Shown one piece after another: positions 7,931 through 18,065 of a DNA stretch of 64,000 nt. The number at the start of each line of letters is the position of its first letter. Positions within the stretch are counted from its first letter, which is position 1. The stretch lies in IMG/VR virus record IMGVR_UViG_3300024346_000003. One strand, 5' to 3'. Below the pieces are notes generated by a model that was not told the DNA's origin, did not search any database, and saw only the letters and a program-made list of their open reading frames with translations. This DNA is from a virus. Taxonomy: Duplodnaviria > Caudoviricetes. Position numbers and translations under genes: made by a program.

Positions 7931-8624
7931 AATTAATTGCGTTTCTTTTTTCTAATTCTTCTATTTTTTTATCACTAGGTCTTGTTCTAGAATATGGTAG
8001 CACTTCTTTCTCAAAGTTTGGATAAGTTTCTTTATTAAACACTCTCTCATCAACCAAGAACACAACAGCTGTTAATGTGTCATTTAAATCTGGTTCATAA
8101 AATTCTGAAAATAACACACCGTTCTCATATAACGTATCTCTACTTTTTTGTAAGGAACCATACCATCTATCATCCTTTGAATTATTCGTTGTTCCACCAT
8201 TTAATATAATAAATGTCTTATCTTGTTTTCTCCATTTATTAAACCCAATCTGATTTGATTTTAACAATGCTTCACCAAAGTTAATACTACGACAAATATG
8301 ATTACCATCAAACATCAAATTATTATATTCTTGAACAGCATGTCCATATTGAATCGCTGATTGTATAGAACTAATATTATATGGTACTAAACCATACATT
8401 CTATATTCCAAATACGATTCACCTTTTCTAGGTTGTGAATTTGGTTTTACAGTGCATGATGTAATCATTTGTAAAAACTCAACCCTACCAACAAAATACA
8501 TTTCAAAAAAATGTCTTTCTTTTGACCCATAGAATTCTTCTGGCCACTCATTTAAATCAAGTGGTCTTATGTTATATTCAACACACCATTCATATGGTGT
8601 TTTAGTTTCTTCTACGTTTTTCAT
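7848..8624 (-). CDS. Peptidyl-tRNA hydrolase PTH2-like protein with N-terminal extension
   Basis: MYGLV...IQYGHA...TFIILNGG...FYEPDLNDTLTAVVF pattern. Confidence 0.55.
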   Translation of the reverse strand: MKNVEETKTPYEWCVEYNIRPLDLNEWPEEFYGSKERHFFEMYFVGRVEFLQMITSCTVKPNSQPRKGESYLEYRMYGLVPYNISSIQSAIQYGHAVQEYNNLMFDGNHICRSINFGEALLKSNQIGFNKWRKQDKTFIILNGGTTNNSKDDRWYGSLQKSRDTLYENGVLFSEFYEPDLNDTLTAVVFLVDERVFNKETYPNFEKEVLPYSRTRPSDKKIEELEKRNAINYEKWVEKIGGPKNAFLREFLPKFKLAN

Positions 8625-8775
8625 ATAAAATTTTAATTATCAAAGCCAACCCAATTGTTGCCAATATTATAAATAAATAATAAAGTAATTTAAGTGTTAT
8701 AACCACACATATAAAACTTAAAATTATTAGTAATCCCCAGTAAAACCCTTTTTTTAATCTATCAAACATACTTTT

Positions 8776-9174
8776 TTATTTTCTTCCAAAATCAGCTGGA
8801 ATTTCACCCCATTCTTTAGTCAACCATTTATTAATTTTAATATCTTTGGTCTTTAAAAATTTACAAGCTTTATCCATCCTCTCAATTATATCACCAGCAG
8901 CTGATGATTTGTGTTTTTTATCCCTAACCCAAGCAATGGCAGTTACACTGTCTGACCAAATGTTTGGTTCAATCCCCTTTTTATCACAATAATGAATTGC
9001 ATGACATATTGCTAAAAATTCAGCAACATTGTTGGTTCCAGGTCCCAAATGTTCTTCAAATATGATTTGACCCGTTTCCAAGTCAACACCACGATAAAAA
9101 CATGGACCTGGATTACCTACAGTACCACCATCAACACATATACCACTCGTTGGTTTAGAATTGTCTTGTGTCAT
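8776..9174 (-). CDS. rnhA: Ribonuclease H1
   Basis: VDGG..GNPG, TNNVAEFLA, SDSVTAIAWV, WGEIPADFGRK. Confidence 0.92.
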   Translation of the reverse strand: MTQDNSKPTSGICVDGGTVGNPGPCFYRGVDLETGQIIFEEHLGPGTNNVAEFLAICHAIHYCDKKGIEPNIWSDSVTAIAWVRDKKHKSSAAGDIIERMDKACKFLKTKDIKINKWLTKEWGEIPADFGRK

Positions 9175-9379
9175 CTACAAATAAATTAGGGTTAGCTTCA
9201 ATCCAATCTATAATTGGTTTTTGAAACATCGCTCGAAAACCATTCATGTATAATACATCGGCAACAATGTGAAATTCTTCACCCATTGTGAATGTTAGTG
9301 GTTGTGGAACACCGTTAAGGTTAACTTCCATAGCTTTCTTTAATCTGAAAACTTTATTTGAATACTTTACTCTGCTCAT
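9155..9379 (-). CDS. Hypothetical protein
   Basis: 74-aa ORF, translationally coupled to neighbours. Confidence 0.7.
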   Translation of the reverse strand: MSRVKYSNKVFRLKKAMEVNLNGVPQPLTFTMGEEFHIVADVLYMNGFRAMFQKPIIDWIEANPNLFVDDTRQF

Positions 9380-9849
9380 AACCCTACTAATTCATTTAAT
9401 TTTATTAAAAACATTTCTCTCGTTTTAGTTGAAATGTATTTATTTATTTCTTTGGGTTCAAGATTATTCTCAATCATGGTATCCATTTCTTCTTTGATAA
9501 CATCATTTACAACCCATCTAATCACGTCACCCATCTTCTTAACATCTAATGGTTCTTGATTAGGGAATACGTTTTCGATTGCTTGGTTAACACGACTTTC
9601 GGTAACCGCATAATCTACGAATTCTTTAATAGAATTCAATTTTTCAACATCAACAGCTGCTAATGTCTTAACTTTAGATGCACTATGCTTTTCACCCTTC
9701 ACCTTGAACCTATGAACAACATTTTGAAATTCACAAGACCATACGATTCCTTCACCAATCATACCAATTTCAAAATTTACATCTTCATTTAATTCAGAAA
9801 CTACTTTATCTTCATTTCCAAATTCTTTTAATTTAATAGTATATCCCAT
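9376..9849 (-). CDS. Rnl2-family RNA ligase, fragment 3 (motifs IV, V and C-domain)
   Basis: IGEGIVW and FKVKGEKHS after a 30-aa unrelated head. Confidence 0.8.
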   Translation of the reverse strand: MGYTIKLKEFGNEDKVVSELNEDVNFEIGMIGEGIVWSCEFQNVVHRFKVKGEKHSASKVKTLAAVDVEKLNSIKEFVDYAVTESRVNQAIENVFPNQEPLDVKKMGDVIRWVVNDVIKEEMDTMIENNLEPKEINKYISTKTREMFLIKLNELVGL

Positions 9850-9853
9850 TTTT

Positions 9854-10861
9854 TTACTTATCTAAACATTTTACTTTCCAACCATTAGTTGACTTATTTT
9901 TACTTTTTATTTTAAATTTAATAACCCCATCGATAATATTTTCTTTTCTAGGGTATTGCAAACAATTATCATTGAAAAACGCCCTAAAATTAAACGTTTT
10001 ATATTCATTACCATCCAAATCAGTTATCACCCATCTTTTAGATGTTGTATTACCAAACTCACCGTTTTTTAACCTAATATCATCTTTATGTATTCTATGA
10101 AATTTACCTTCCCAATCTTTAGCTGTAATATAACCAATTCTCATTTCAGATAATTTATTTTTTAATTCGTCACTATGTTTTTTATCTTTATTATGGTGTT
10201 TATAGTTATTTTTACCACGTTTAAATTCTTCTTTAGTTATTGTTATTTTTTTACCAGTTTCTATTTCAATAACCGAAACAAAACCAATCGTATGACCAGA
10301 AAGATTTATATCGGAATCAAAAACTTTTTTAGACACCCTAACTTTTTTATTAGTTAACACATTAATAGCAACAACTTCATTAGTTTTACCATACATTGGA
10401 TTATTTTTACCACACATAGGTGTTAATTTATGAAGTTTACCTTTTTCATGAGTTTCTTTAGCTATTTTTGATAACATTATTTTATGTTCATCTGTTATAG
10501 CCATACCAAAAAAACCATTTTTACTAGCTAAAGATTCATTTATATATTCATTTGACTTAACAACATTTTGCTCTTTTTGAATTCTTAACTCTTCTGATAA
10601 AGCATCTTGTCTAGTTTCATGATAACTTAATATTTCTGAGTTAAAAAGTTCTTTATTATTTTTAATCTCTAACTCAAATATAGTTTTCCATTTTTTAGAT
10701 TTGACACTACCTAAATAACCATTATTAATTTTTTCTATACTAGTAGAACCAATATAATATTTTGGTAATTTATCACCGCTATACGTAACCAAGTAAACAA
10801 CATATTTTCCCATAATTAAAGTATTTATTAATAAATATCTAGGTATTGTATGGAAAGACAA
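9854..10861 (-). mobile_element. Free-standing GIY-YIG homing endonuclease (likely start MGKYVVY)
   Basis: VVYLVTY...YYIGST...YLGS; NUMOD-like K-rich repeats. Confidence 0.85.
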
Positions 10862-10862
10862 A

Positions 10863-11501
10863 CTAATTTAAAGAAAATTTAATAAAATTAACACCATTAG
10901 GGTTTTTAATACGTTTTTCTTTAAAAACAGGTTTTAATTTATCTTTAATTGGGTTGGTGAAATTAGGTAATGATTCATTTTCAAACCAAATATTTCCATT
11001 TTCGTCCTCATACGCTGTATTATTTTCCAAAACAGAGAAGCCAAATGCTTTCGCTACAGGACATTCTTCCTCAACCGCAATAGTCAACTCGGATAATTGA
11101 TTTTGAATCAACTGAGGCATGTTAAAATCGATATCAATTGAATACGTTTCATAATCATCGATATTGTAAATTTTAACCTCTGGTGCTCTCAAGTACGTTG
11201 AATCAACCCAGTAAGCTGGATTAGCTTTTAATTCTTCTTCAGTTTCAGTATGTGGTGTAATTTTAACACCAAATATGAAGAATGATTTAGGTAAGTTGGA
11301 AATACCAACACCTTTTTGAATATTACCACCAGCCCATTCACCATAAATACTAATAGTGTTATTGTTTCTATTAATATTTTCTTTTTCGGCAACATGTAAC
11401 ATTAAACCATAAAAAATATCCTTATTTGATTCCACAAAGAATGCAAATCCAGCGTTATCGGATGTTTTGATTTCTTTAATATTTTTTATTTTCTTTTCCA
11501 T
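10863..11501 (-). CDS. Rnl2-family RNA ligase, fragment 2 (motifs III, IIIa)
   Basis: DNAGFAFF, IYGEWAGGNIQKGV, FFIFGV, ECPVAKAFG; own TATATTTG promoter near 11515. Confidence 0.8.
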   Translation of the reverse strand: MEKKIKNIKEIKTSDNAGFAFFVESNKDIFYGLMLHVAEKENINRNNNTISIYGEWAGGNIQKGVGISNLPKSFFIFGVKITPHTETEEELKANPAYWVDSTYLRAPEVKIYNIDDYETYSIDIDFNMPQLIQNQLSELTIAVEEECPVAKAFGFSVLENNTAYEDENGNIWFENESLPNFTNPIKDKLKPVFKEKRIKNPNGVNFIKFSLN

Positions 11502-11585
11502 TTTATTTTTTTTTACAAATATACAACTTTTTTTTATCTTTCACAAATTTTATAGATATTTATTAAAAAACGATAAACCAGCATT

Positions 11586-12416
11586 ATGAAAAAACAAAAA
11601 TACCATTACGTTTACAGAATTACTAATAAAGTAACTAAAAAACACTATTATGGTTCTAGAACATCAAAAACAGAACCTAAGTATGATTTAGGTGTAACTT
11701 ATTTTAGTTCTAGTTCTGATAAAGAATTTATTAATGACCAAAAAATAAATACCGAAAATTACAAATATGTAATTGTTAGAATTTTTAATTCTAGGGATGA
11801 GGCTTTATTATTTGAATCACATTTACACACTAAATTTAATGTTGCTAAAAATGATAAATTTTATAATAAATCAAACGTAACAACAACTGGGTTTATTTAC
11901 GGGTTTCTTGGTAAAAAACATAACCCAGAATCACGTAAAAATGCAATCAATAAAAAAGTTAATACTATGAAAACAACTATTAATAATAATGGTGATAATT
12001 TATATAATTTAGCAGCTAAAAAAGGTGATGAAACAAAGCGAAACACTATCACATCTGATGGGTTAAATATACACCAATTAGCAGCTAAAAAATATAAAGA
12101 ACGTTTGGATATCATTAGAGATGGTGAAACAATGTCTACTAGAGATAAATTAAGACAACCTAAAAAAGATAAAACTAATTATCAAAAAGAGTCTGAAACT
12201 ATCCATATATATAATAACAATGATGAATTAATTTACGAAGTTAAAATAAATTTAAGAAAATTTTGTAAACAACATAATTTACCATACACTGAATTATATA
12301 ACTCAAAAAGAAACAATACCAAACTTTACGAAAACATTATCAATAAAAGAGTTATAACCAGATTAACTAATAAAGGTTTTTATAAATATAAAGGTTGGTA
12401 TGCTATAAAACAATGA
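11586..12416 (+). mobile_element. Free-standing GIY-YIG homing endonuclease, antisense to the ligase
   Basis: HYVYRITN...HYYGSR...YFSSS. Confidence 0.85.
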
Positions 12417-12765
12417 TTTCACCTATTTTATATTCACTTATAATTTTACCATTAATAATATCATTTTCATTAAATAACTGTTTTGAACCATCTTCAAATT
12501 CAATTTCAATTAGTTTTGATGGTGATGGTGTAATAATGTTTTCACGAGATTGTGCCCACAAATCATCTTGACTATTATAAGAAACACCAGCATTAGTACC
12601 ATGTAATTTTATAGTACCTTTAAAGGTTAATACTGGTTTAGGTAAATTTGGGTCATAAATTGCCTCACCATTTTCATCTAAACCAACAAAATTGTATCGT
12701 CTATTAACATTAGAAACAACAGTTCTAAATTGCTCAATAGACGGAAATTTAATCATTTTTTTCAT
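12403..12765 (-). CDS. Rnl2-family RNA ligase, fragment 1 (motifs I, Ia)
   Basis: FPSIEQFR, TIKLHGTNAG (adenylated Lys motif), AQSRENIITP, then a 40-aa unrelated tail. Confidence 0.8.
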   Translation of the reverse strand: MKKMIKFPSIEQFRTVVSNVNRRYNFVGLDENGEAIYDPNLPKPVLTFKGTIKLHGTNAGVSYNSQDDLWAQSRENIITPSPSKLIEIEFEDGSKQLFNENDIINGKIISEYKIGEIIVL

Positions 12766-12775
12766 ATTTTTAAAA

Positions 12776-14164
12776 TTAATTTAAACCTTTTGCCATATTT
12801 TCAATTGCCATTATTGATTCCAAAGAATCGCACGTATCTTTATCGTCACGTAGTTGTTTGAACACTGGGTGTAGCAACGCATAGTTACCATTTGAGTCAT
12901 GTGATAATCCAGAACATTTAACTTCAATAATTGTCCCCATCAAAGATTCTTGGTTTTCTGTGATATGTTGCATCAAGCTCTCATTCATACCAGTTGGTCT
13001 CGTAAATAATTTACCATCAGCTGATTCAGCATTTACAGATGAGATTACATGCTCATTTTTACCTGTTCCATAGTTAAAACCAACAATACGTAAATCAACA
13101 TCCATTTCCAACTTCATTTTTATTTGCCAATTTGGTTTACCATCTTTCCATGTACCCTTTATATCTTTAAGAATAGTACCCTCTTGACCAGTAGCTAGTA
13201 TATCTTGGAAATGTGACATAGCTTCATCATATGTGTAAACCATAACCGCATCAACTATTGAAACCATAGATAACCCTTTAGTGTTAATTAAAATACCAGC
13301 TTTATTAGCTCGGTTCAAATAAGGTACATCTGATTTTTTATCGAAATATTCATCAACAGTAATTGTATCCCAAATAGTGTATCTAATCGAGTTCAAAGCT
13401 GTTTCAAAGTTACCATGTTTTTCCTCAAAAGCTGCTAATTTTTTACCATTTTCAACTTCTGTTCTAGAATCTCTCTTACCACAAATATCAATAAGCGATG
13501 CAATGATACCATTAGATTCATAACGAGATACATTATCAATAGTTAACTCACCATTAAATACACAATCATCCAAAGATGATAATTCATCGATAAATTTAGC
13601 TCCAGTAACAATTGTTGGTTCGCCTTGACGACTTTCTAATTCAACTTCACCACCACGAATGATTGCATTACAATAACGACCATCCATTTTAATTTGTGAC
13701 ACACCAACACCACCATTTTCGAATATTTTACGAGCTTTCTTTTCATCAAAAGATACTGCACCCATATAAGGTGTATCTTCAATAAGTCCCTTGATTACTT
13801 TATTCATGTTTGATGTACCCATTCCAATTTTACAATCTTTCTCAATAATTCTCTCAATGATATAAGCATTGTCAGAATCCACACTAGCTAATATGTCACG
13901 TAAGAAATTAAGTGCATCATTACCAGTTACATGTCTATCAATTATGTGTTGTAACTCACTAACCACAAACTCTAATGAATTATTTTGGTCTACGTTTCTA
14001 GTATATTCTGGAAGTTGTTTAATATAAAACTTAACCCTCTTTGAGTTAGCCAAATACAGTACACGTTTCAATAATTCGTTGTCAGCGTATTTTCCTAAAA
14101 TAACCATCTTTTGGTTAGTGCTACTCTCAGCAGCGATTTCATCAAAAATTTGTTTAATGTTCAT
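12776..14164 (-). CDS. ATP-dependent DNA ligase
   Basis: QIKMDGRY motif I, FNGEL, EGTILK, KMKLE, OB-fold C-terminus. Confidence 0.93.
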   Translation of the reverse strand: MNIKQIFDEIAAESSTNQKMVILGKYADNELLKRVLYLANSKRVKFYIKQLPEYTRNVDQNNSLEFVVSELQHIIDRHVTGNDALNFLRDILASVDSDNAYIIERIIEKDCKIGMGTSNMNKVIKGLIEDTPYMGAVSFDEKKARKIFENGGVGVSQIKMDGRYCNAIIRGGEVELESRQGEPTIVTGAKFIDELSSLDDCVFNGELTIDNVSRYESNGIIASLIDICGKRDSRTEVENGKKLAAFEEKHGNFETALNSIRYTIWDTITVDEYFDKKSDVPYLNRANKAGILINTKGLSMVSIVDAVMVYTYDEAMSHFQDILATGQEGTILKDIKGTWKDGKPNWQIKMKLEMDVDLRIVGFNYGTGKNEHVISSVNAESADGKLFTRPTGMNESLMQHITENQESLMGTIIEVKCSGLSHDSNGNYALLHPVFKQLRDDKDTCDSLESIMAIENMAKGLN

Positions 14165-14167
14165 ATC

Positions 14168-14404
14168 TTATTTTTTTACTGGTGGGTGATACATTTTTCT
14201 CATTTTTATAATTATGAGATTTACATAAGCATCATGTTCAGGTGAATTAATAGATGAATATAAAGATTCTTTAATTTGAGTCCAATTATCATCATCCTCA
14301 TCTATAATTTCCATTTTAGCCTTTTCTTCAGCAGCTTTTCTAATAGCTTCAGTACCTTCTCTCATGGCAGCTTCAGCTCTTTCATTTTTCCAATCTTCAC
14401 TCAT
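14168..14404 (-). CDS. Hypothetical protein
   Basis: 78-aa ORF in operon. Confidence 0.65.
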   Translation of the reverse strand: MSEDWKNERAEAAMREGTEAIRKAAEEKAKMEIIDEDDDNWTQIKESLYSSINSPEHDAYVNLIIIKMRKMYHPPVKK

Positions 14405-14406
14405 AA

Positions 14407-14916
14407 TTATACAGTTTCTAATTTGTTAATACCTAATAAAATATCTAAGTGTTCCCACATTGCTTTACCATCTGCTGGTGTGTTTAAGTATAATGCACCT
14501 TTAAATTCTTGATATTCTTTCAAGTACATATCCACTTTACCACCATGTTGTATGTTAGCGATTCTATCAGCTAATTTTAAAATAATAGCATCTGGGTTAC
14601 TAGCTGTTTTAGGTAGTGTTTTCTCTTTTTTCTCTTTTCTAATACGACCTTGTTCATCGGTAACACAATATACCATTTCAGCCACTTCTTCCCCAAAATG
14701 TTTTTTAATTTTGTTAAACGATAACCCGTTATCTTCCATTGTGTCATGTAGGTATCCAGCAACAATGTATTTTCCAGAGAATCCAAATCTTTTCAATACA
14801 TCAACAACATCATCAAGGTGTTTCTCATATGGAAAAATATCATCATAAGATTGGTTAGAGTGTGCTTTCACAGCTACCATTCTTGCTTCTTTGTAAGTTT
14901 TGTCTGTATAGTCCAT
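14407..14916 (-). CDS. HD-domain hydrolase, SpoT/Mesh1-like small alarmone hydrolase family
   Basis: AH...PYEKHL, AGYLHDTMED, VTDE, KLADRIAN. Confidence 0.85.
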   Translation of the reverse strand: MDYTDKTYKEARMVAVKAHSNQSYDDIFPYEKHLDDVVDVLKRFGFSGKYIVAGYLHDTMEDNGLSFNKIKKHFGEEVAEMVYCVTDEQGRIRKEKKEKTLPKTASNPDAIILKLADRIANIQHGGKVDMYLKEYQEFKGALYLNTPADGKAMWEHLDILLGINKLETV

Positions 14917-14918
14917 AT

Positions 14919-15353
14919 TTAATAATTTGTTTGCATTTTATGAATAATTAATTCACCTTCTTTATCATTTCTAACATCTAATTTTAGATAAGGTCTGTCA
15001 AATTGTAAATCATGGTCATATTCATCAATAACATTTGTATAAAAATCATCATGACCCATAAGTATGGGTCTACGTCTTCCTTTACCTAAAACACCTTTTT
15101 TAGTTAGAAATAAGTTTTCTTCAATAAGAGCTGGTAATCTATCTTCTAGATTAAGTATATCATTAACAAATGCTGCCCTTAAATTTATGAATTCTTCTTC
15201 GGTTGGTGCATCTTCATGTAGTTCACCCTTTCCACCACTCGTTCTATGGTTGTCCACGTAATTTTCTCTATTATATGGGATGTTATTAACTTCATTTGCT
15301 AAAGCCTCTAAATCATAACTTACAGTTATTCCTAATACATTAATTGTTTTCAT
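14919..15353 (-). CDS. Hypothetical protein
   Basis: 144-aa ORF with upstream TATATTTG promoter. Confidence 0.75.
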   Translation of the reverse strand: MKTINVLGITVSYDLEALANEVNNIPYNRENYVDNHRTSGGKGELHEDAPTEEEFINLRAAFVNDILNLEDRLPALIEENLFLTKKGVLGKGRRRPILMGHDDFYTNVIDEYDHDLQFDRPYLKLDVRNDKEGELIIHKMQTNY

Positions 15354-15411
15354 ATTACAAATATACGAATAATATTTTAATTAAACAAATTTCCTGATTC
15401 TTTTGTCATAA

Positions 15412-16530
15412 TTATAACATTTTATATAACAATTTATCATCGTAGTTTAACATATATTCATTTACTGATGTTATTTTACCATCAACTAACCCAAAGCACA
15501 TCCCTGTGAAAGGTTTTAAATCATATTTATCACATAACTCAAATACCTTAGCAGCATATCTCTTTTTTTCAGACGCTATTATACTCTTAGGTTTATGTAG
15601 CTTCAATTCTTCCCACAAAAACTTTAATCTATTAACCAAATCATCATAACCATCTTTTAATCTCAATAATTCATCCTTTCTATCTGGGAAAGTTGAAATA
15701 AATTCATCGATTTCATTAGTTTTAACAATTACCATAATATTGTGTTCAGCAGTTTTACCTTTTAAGTGGTGAACGGCCAGGTAGGCTGGGTTCTTAATTT
15801 TAACTCTATTATCATCAGCATCTATAACCACATAACCTTCTTCAGACCATGGCATGTTTTCAAAGGTCTTAATTAGAACGCCAGCATTCTTAGCATTTAA
15901 GTCATAAGATTTAACTAATGGTATTCCTAATGATACCGAAACCATAAATAAATCATTGTATGGTATTTCTTTTAATGTTAATCTATTTCTAACAGCTAAT
16001 AATTTAGATGATGATTCACCATGTGGTGTAACAACAATATTATATGGTGTTGTTAATTCAAATACATAAACATGGTCCTTATCTAATAAACAAGTGTTAA
16101 ATGAATACTTTGAAATAACAGTATCCCAAAATAATTCATTAAATGTAGTACCATATTTATTATTCACTTCACCTTCACCCTCAGCAGTACCTGTAGTTGC
16201 CGCAAACCAAATTTCTTTATGCCAATCCCAATAAACTTGAATCATTGTACCATCTTCTTTATTAAGAACATGTGCAGTGTCCCAGTTTATTTTAGCCGCA
16301 TGACCTTCAGCATTATTAAAAAACTTTCTAAATGCTAATGACATAACTTTTAAAGTATCTTTTTCAAGGATAAGACCTCTACAATCCTTAACTTCTTCTA
16401 AGGACATATTAGACTCTATTTGATTGTATTTTAAAAGAATCTTATTTTCATATTCTTTTACAATCAACTTAAATTCTGAAACAGCTTTTTTAAGCCCATT
16501 TTTCTTTATGTATTCTACTATTGCTAACAT
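15412..16530 (-). CDS. T4 Rnl1-like RNA ligase
   Basis: CRGLIL...AFRKFFN, KEDGT motif I, FEL, EGYVV, VKIK. Confidence 0.88.
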   Translation of the reverse strand: MLAIVEYIKKNGLKKAVSEFKLIVKEYENKILLKYNQIESNMSLEEVKDCRGLILEKDTLKVMSLAFRKFFNNAEGHAAKINWDTAHVLNKEDGTMIQVYWDWHKEIWFAATTGTAEGEGEVNNKYGTTFNELFWDTVISKYSFNTCLLDKDHVYVFELTTPYNIVVTPHGESSSKLLAVRNRLTLKEIPYNDLFMVSVSLGIPLVKSYDLNAKNAGVLIKTFENMPWSEEGYVVIDADDNRVKIKNPAYLAVHHLKGKTAEHNIMVIVKTNEIDEFISTFPDRKDELLRLKDGYDDLVNRLKFLWEELKLHKPKSIIASEKKRYAAKVFELCDKYDLKPFTGMCFGLVDGKITSVNEYMLNYDDKLLYKML

Positions 16531-16560
16531 ACTTTAATTATTTATTGGCAAATATACATA

Positions 16561-16593
16561 AAAAAAAGGTAACCACCAAATGATTACCTTTTT
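16561..16593 (-). terminator. Intrinsic terminator
   Basis: AAGGTAA/TTACCTT stem flanked by A and T runs. Confidence 0.65.
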
Positions 16594-16612
16594 ATTTTCA
16601 ATTTATTTTTAA

Positions 16613-17701
16613 TTATCTATAAACTCTTTCATGTGTACCATCAGTATAATGAACAATTAAATTACCTTTAACCTCATCATTTACAATTTGACCTAATAAA
16701 TTCGTAAAGTATAATACTATTTTTGTTTTACCAAGATTGTTAAGACTTATTGTTTTAAAAGTTTCTGATTGACCGTCAATATCTACTTGGGTTAATCTAT
16801 AATAATTAATTGCCGCTTCATAAGTGAAGTCTCTGAAGCTATAATCAATTTTAGATGTGGAATTACCAGCACCGTTCTGATTGTTGACTACAGACCAATT
16901 AAATCCATCTGTGGAACGTTCTACTAAATAATAATCATTATTATGTTCAGATGCACTAGACCAGGTTATTAAATTATAAGTATTTTGGTTAGTAGCATCA
17001 AAATTAATCAATTCAATAGGTAATGAATATACTCGAATCAATTCAAAATTATCAAACCACCATTCTTCACCAGCTGAATTAGTTCGTGTAGGTATTCTAA
17101 ATGCTAACTGTGTTACCCCCATTGGTAAAGTTAATTCGATTATAGAATAACCGTCACCAGTGGATGTTCTATCCCCACCAGCAGTCGGTGCGTATGTTGT
17201 TAGTGTTCCATTTGCAGTTTTTGAGGCAGTAGCATTAGTATTATAATTCCATACAGCATTACCAAAACCAGTTATTCTCATTTCAGTAATATATGCAGTT
17301 GCACCATTATTTGAACTATATTGAACATCAAAATAATCTGGACCATCATTTCCAGCAGTGGCGGCTAAGGGTGATGAAAATTTATAAGCTCCAGCTCTAA
17401 ATTTAAGCATATAGGATGATGTAGCACTTAAACCTGTAATGTTACTTAAAATATATGTACCAGATTCAATACCAGAACCCCCATTACCTGAACCAATTAA
17501 TACAGCACTCGAATTTGATGATACAAATGCATTTATATAGTAACCACATGGTCCACAACCAACTGACCAACCAGCCCCTCCAGTACCCCAACTAGTAGTT
17601 TCAATATAATCATAAGCTATTACTGTTTGACTATATGATAATGTATTTAATAATACAAATAATGATAATAATAATCTTTTCATAAGTTTGTGTTTTATCA
17701 T
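16613..17701 (-). CDS. Secreted Bacteroidota-type protein with LPIEL Ig-like domain and CTD-like tail (likely start 17683)
   Basis: Signal peptide MKRLLLSLF..., LPIELINFDA...WSSASEHNNDYYLVERS...YYRLTQVDIDG, tail TNLLGQ. Confidence 0.75.
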   Translation of the reverse strand: MIKHKLMKRLLLSLFVLLNTLSYSQTVIAYDYIETTSWGTGGAGWSVGCGPCGYYINAFVSSNSSAVLIGSGNGGSGIESGTYILSNITGLSATSSYMLKFRAGAYKFSSPLAATAGNDGPDYFDVQYSSNNGATAYITEMRITGFGNAVWNYNTNATASKTANGTLTTYAPTAGGDRTSTGDGYSIIELTLPMGVTQLAFRIPTRTNSAGEEWWFDNFELIRVYSLPIELINFDATNQNTYNLITWSSASEHNNDYYLVERSTDGFNWSVVNNQNGAGNSTSKIDYSFRDFTYEAAINYYRLTQVDIDGQSETFKTISLNNLGKTKIVLYFTNLLGQIVNDEVKGNLIVHYTDGTHERVYR

Positions 17702-17732
17702 AAATATAACACAAACTCACAAAAAATAAATA

Positions 17733-18032
17733 CTATTTATTCCTATCTTTTAAAGTTTTTATTAATTTTTCAAGTTCTGAAAAACTTAAATCACCAAGTA
17801 ATCCCATTATTTCACTTTCTTCCATCATTTTCTTAGCGGCTATCATACTGCACATTTCAGAAAATACATGCATATCATTTTCATCATATATTAATGAGCT
17901 AATAAAGATTATAAAATTACCAATAGTGCTAATTACATAATCTTGTTTATCTTCACCTTCCATTATCAAGGCTTCACCTATCTTTAGTAGTTTAATAGAT
18001 AACTCATCATATCTTTCCATATTATCTTCCAT
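17733..18032 (-). CDS. Hypothetical protein
   Basis: 99-aa ORF. Confidence 0.7.
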   Translation of the reverse strand: MEDNMERYDELSIKLLKIGEALIMEGEDKQDYVISTIGNFIIFISSLIYDENDMHVFSEMCSMIAAKKMMEESEIMGLLGDLSFSELEKLIKTLKDRNK

Positions 18033-18065
18033 CGATTCTTTTTTGTAAAAATATGAGTTTTTTTA

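Noticed and set aside
10863-12765. Canonical split intein at RNA ligase break 1
   Set aside because: No Cys1-type block A and no terminal His-Asn before a Cys/Ser/Thr; only Hint-like strands, so reported as a non-splicing appendage.
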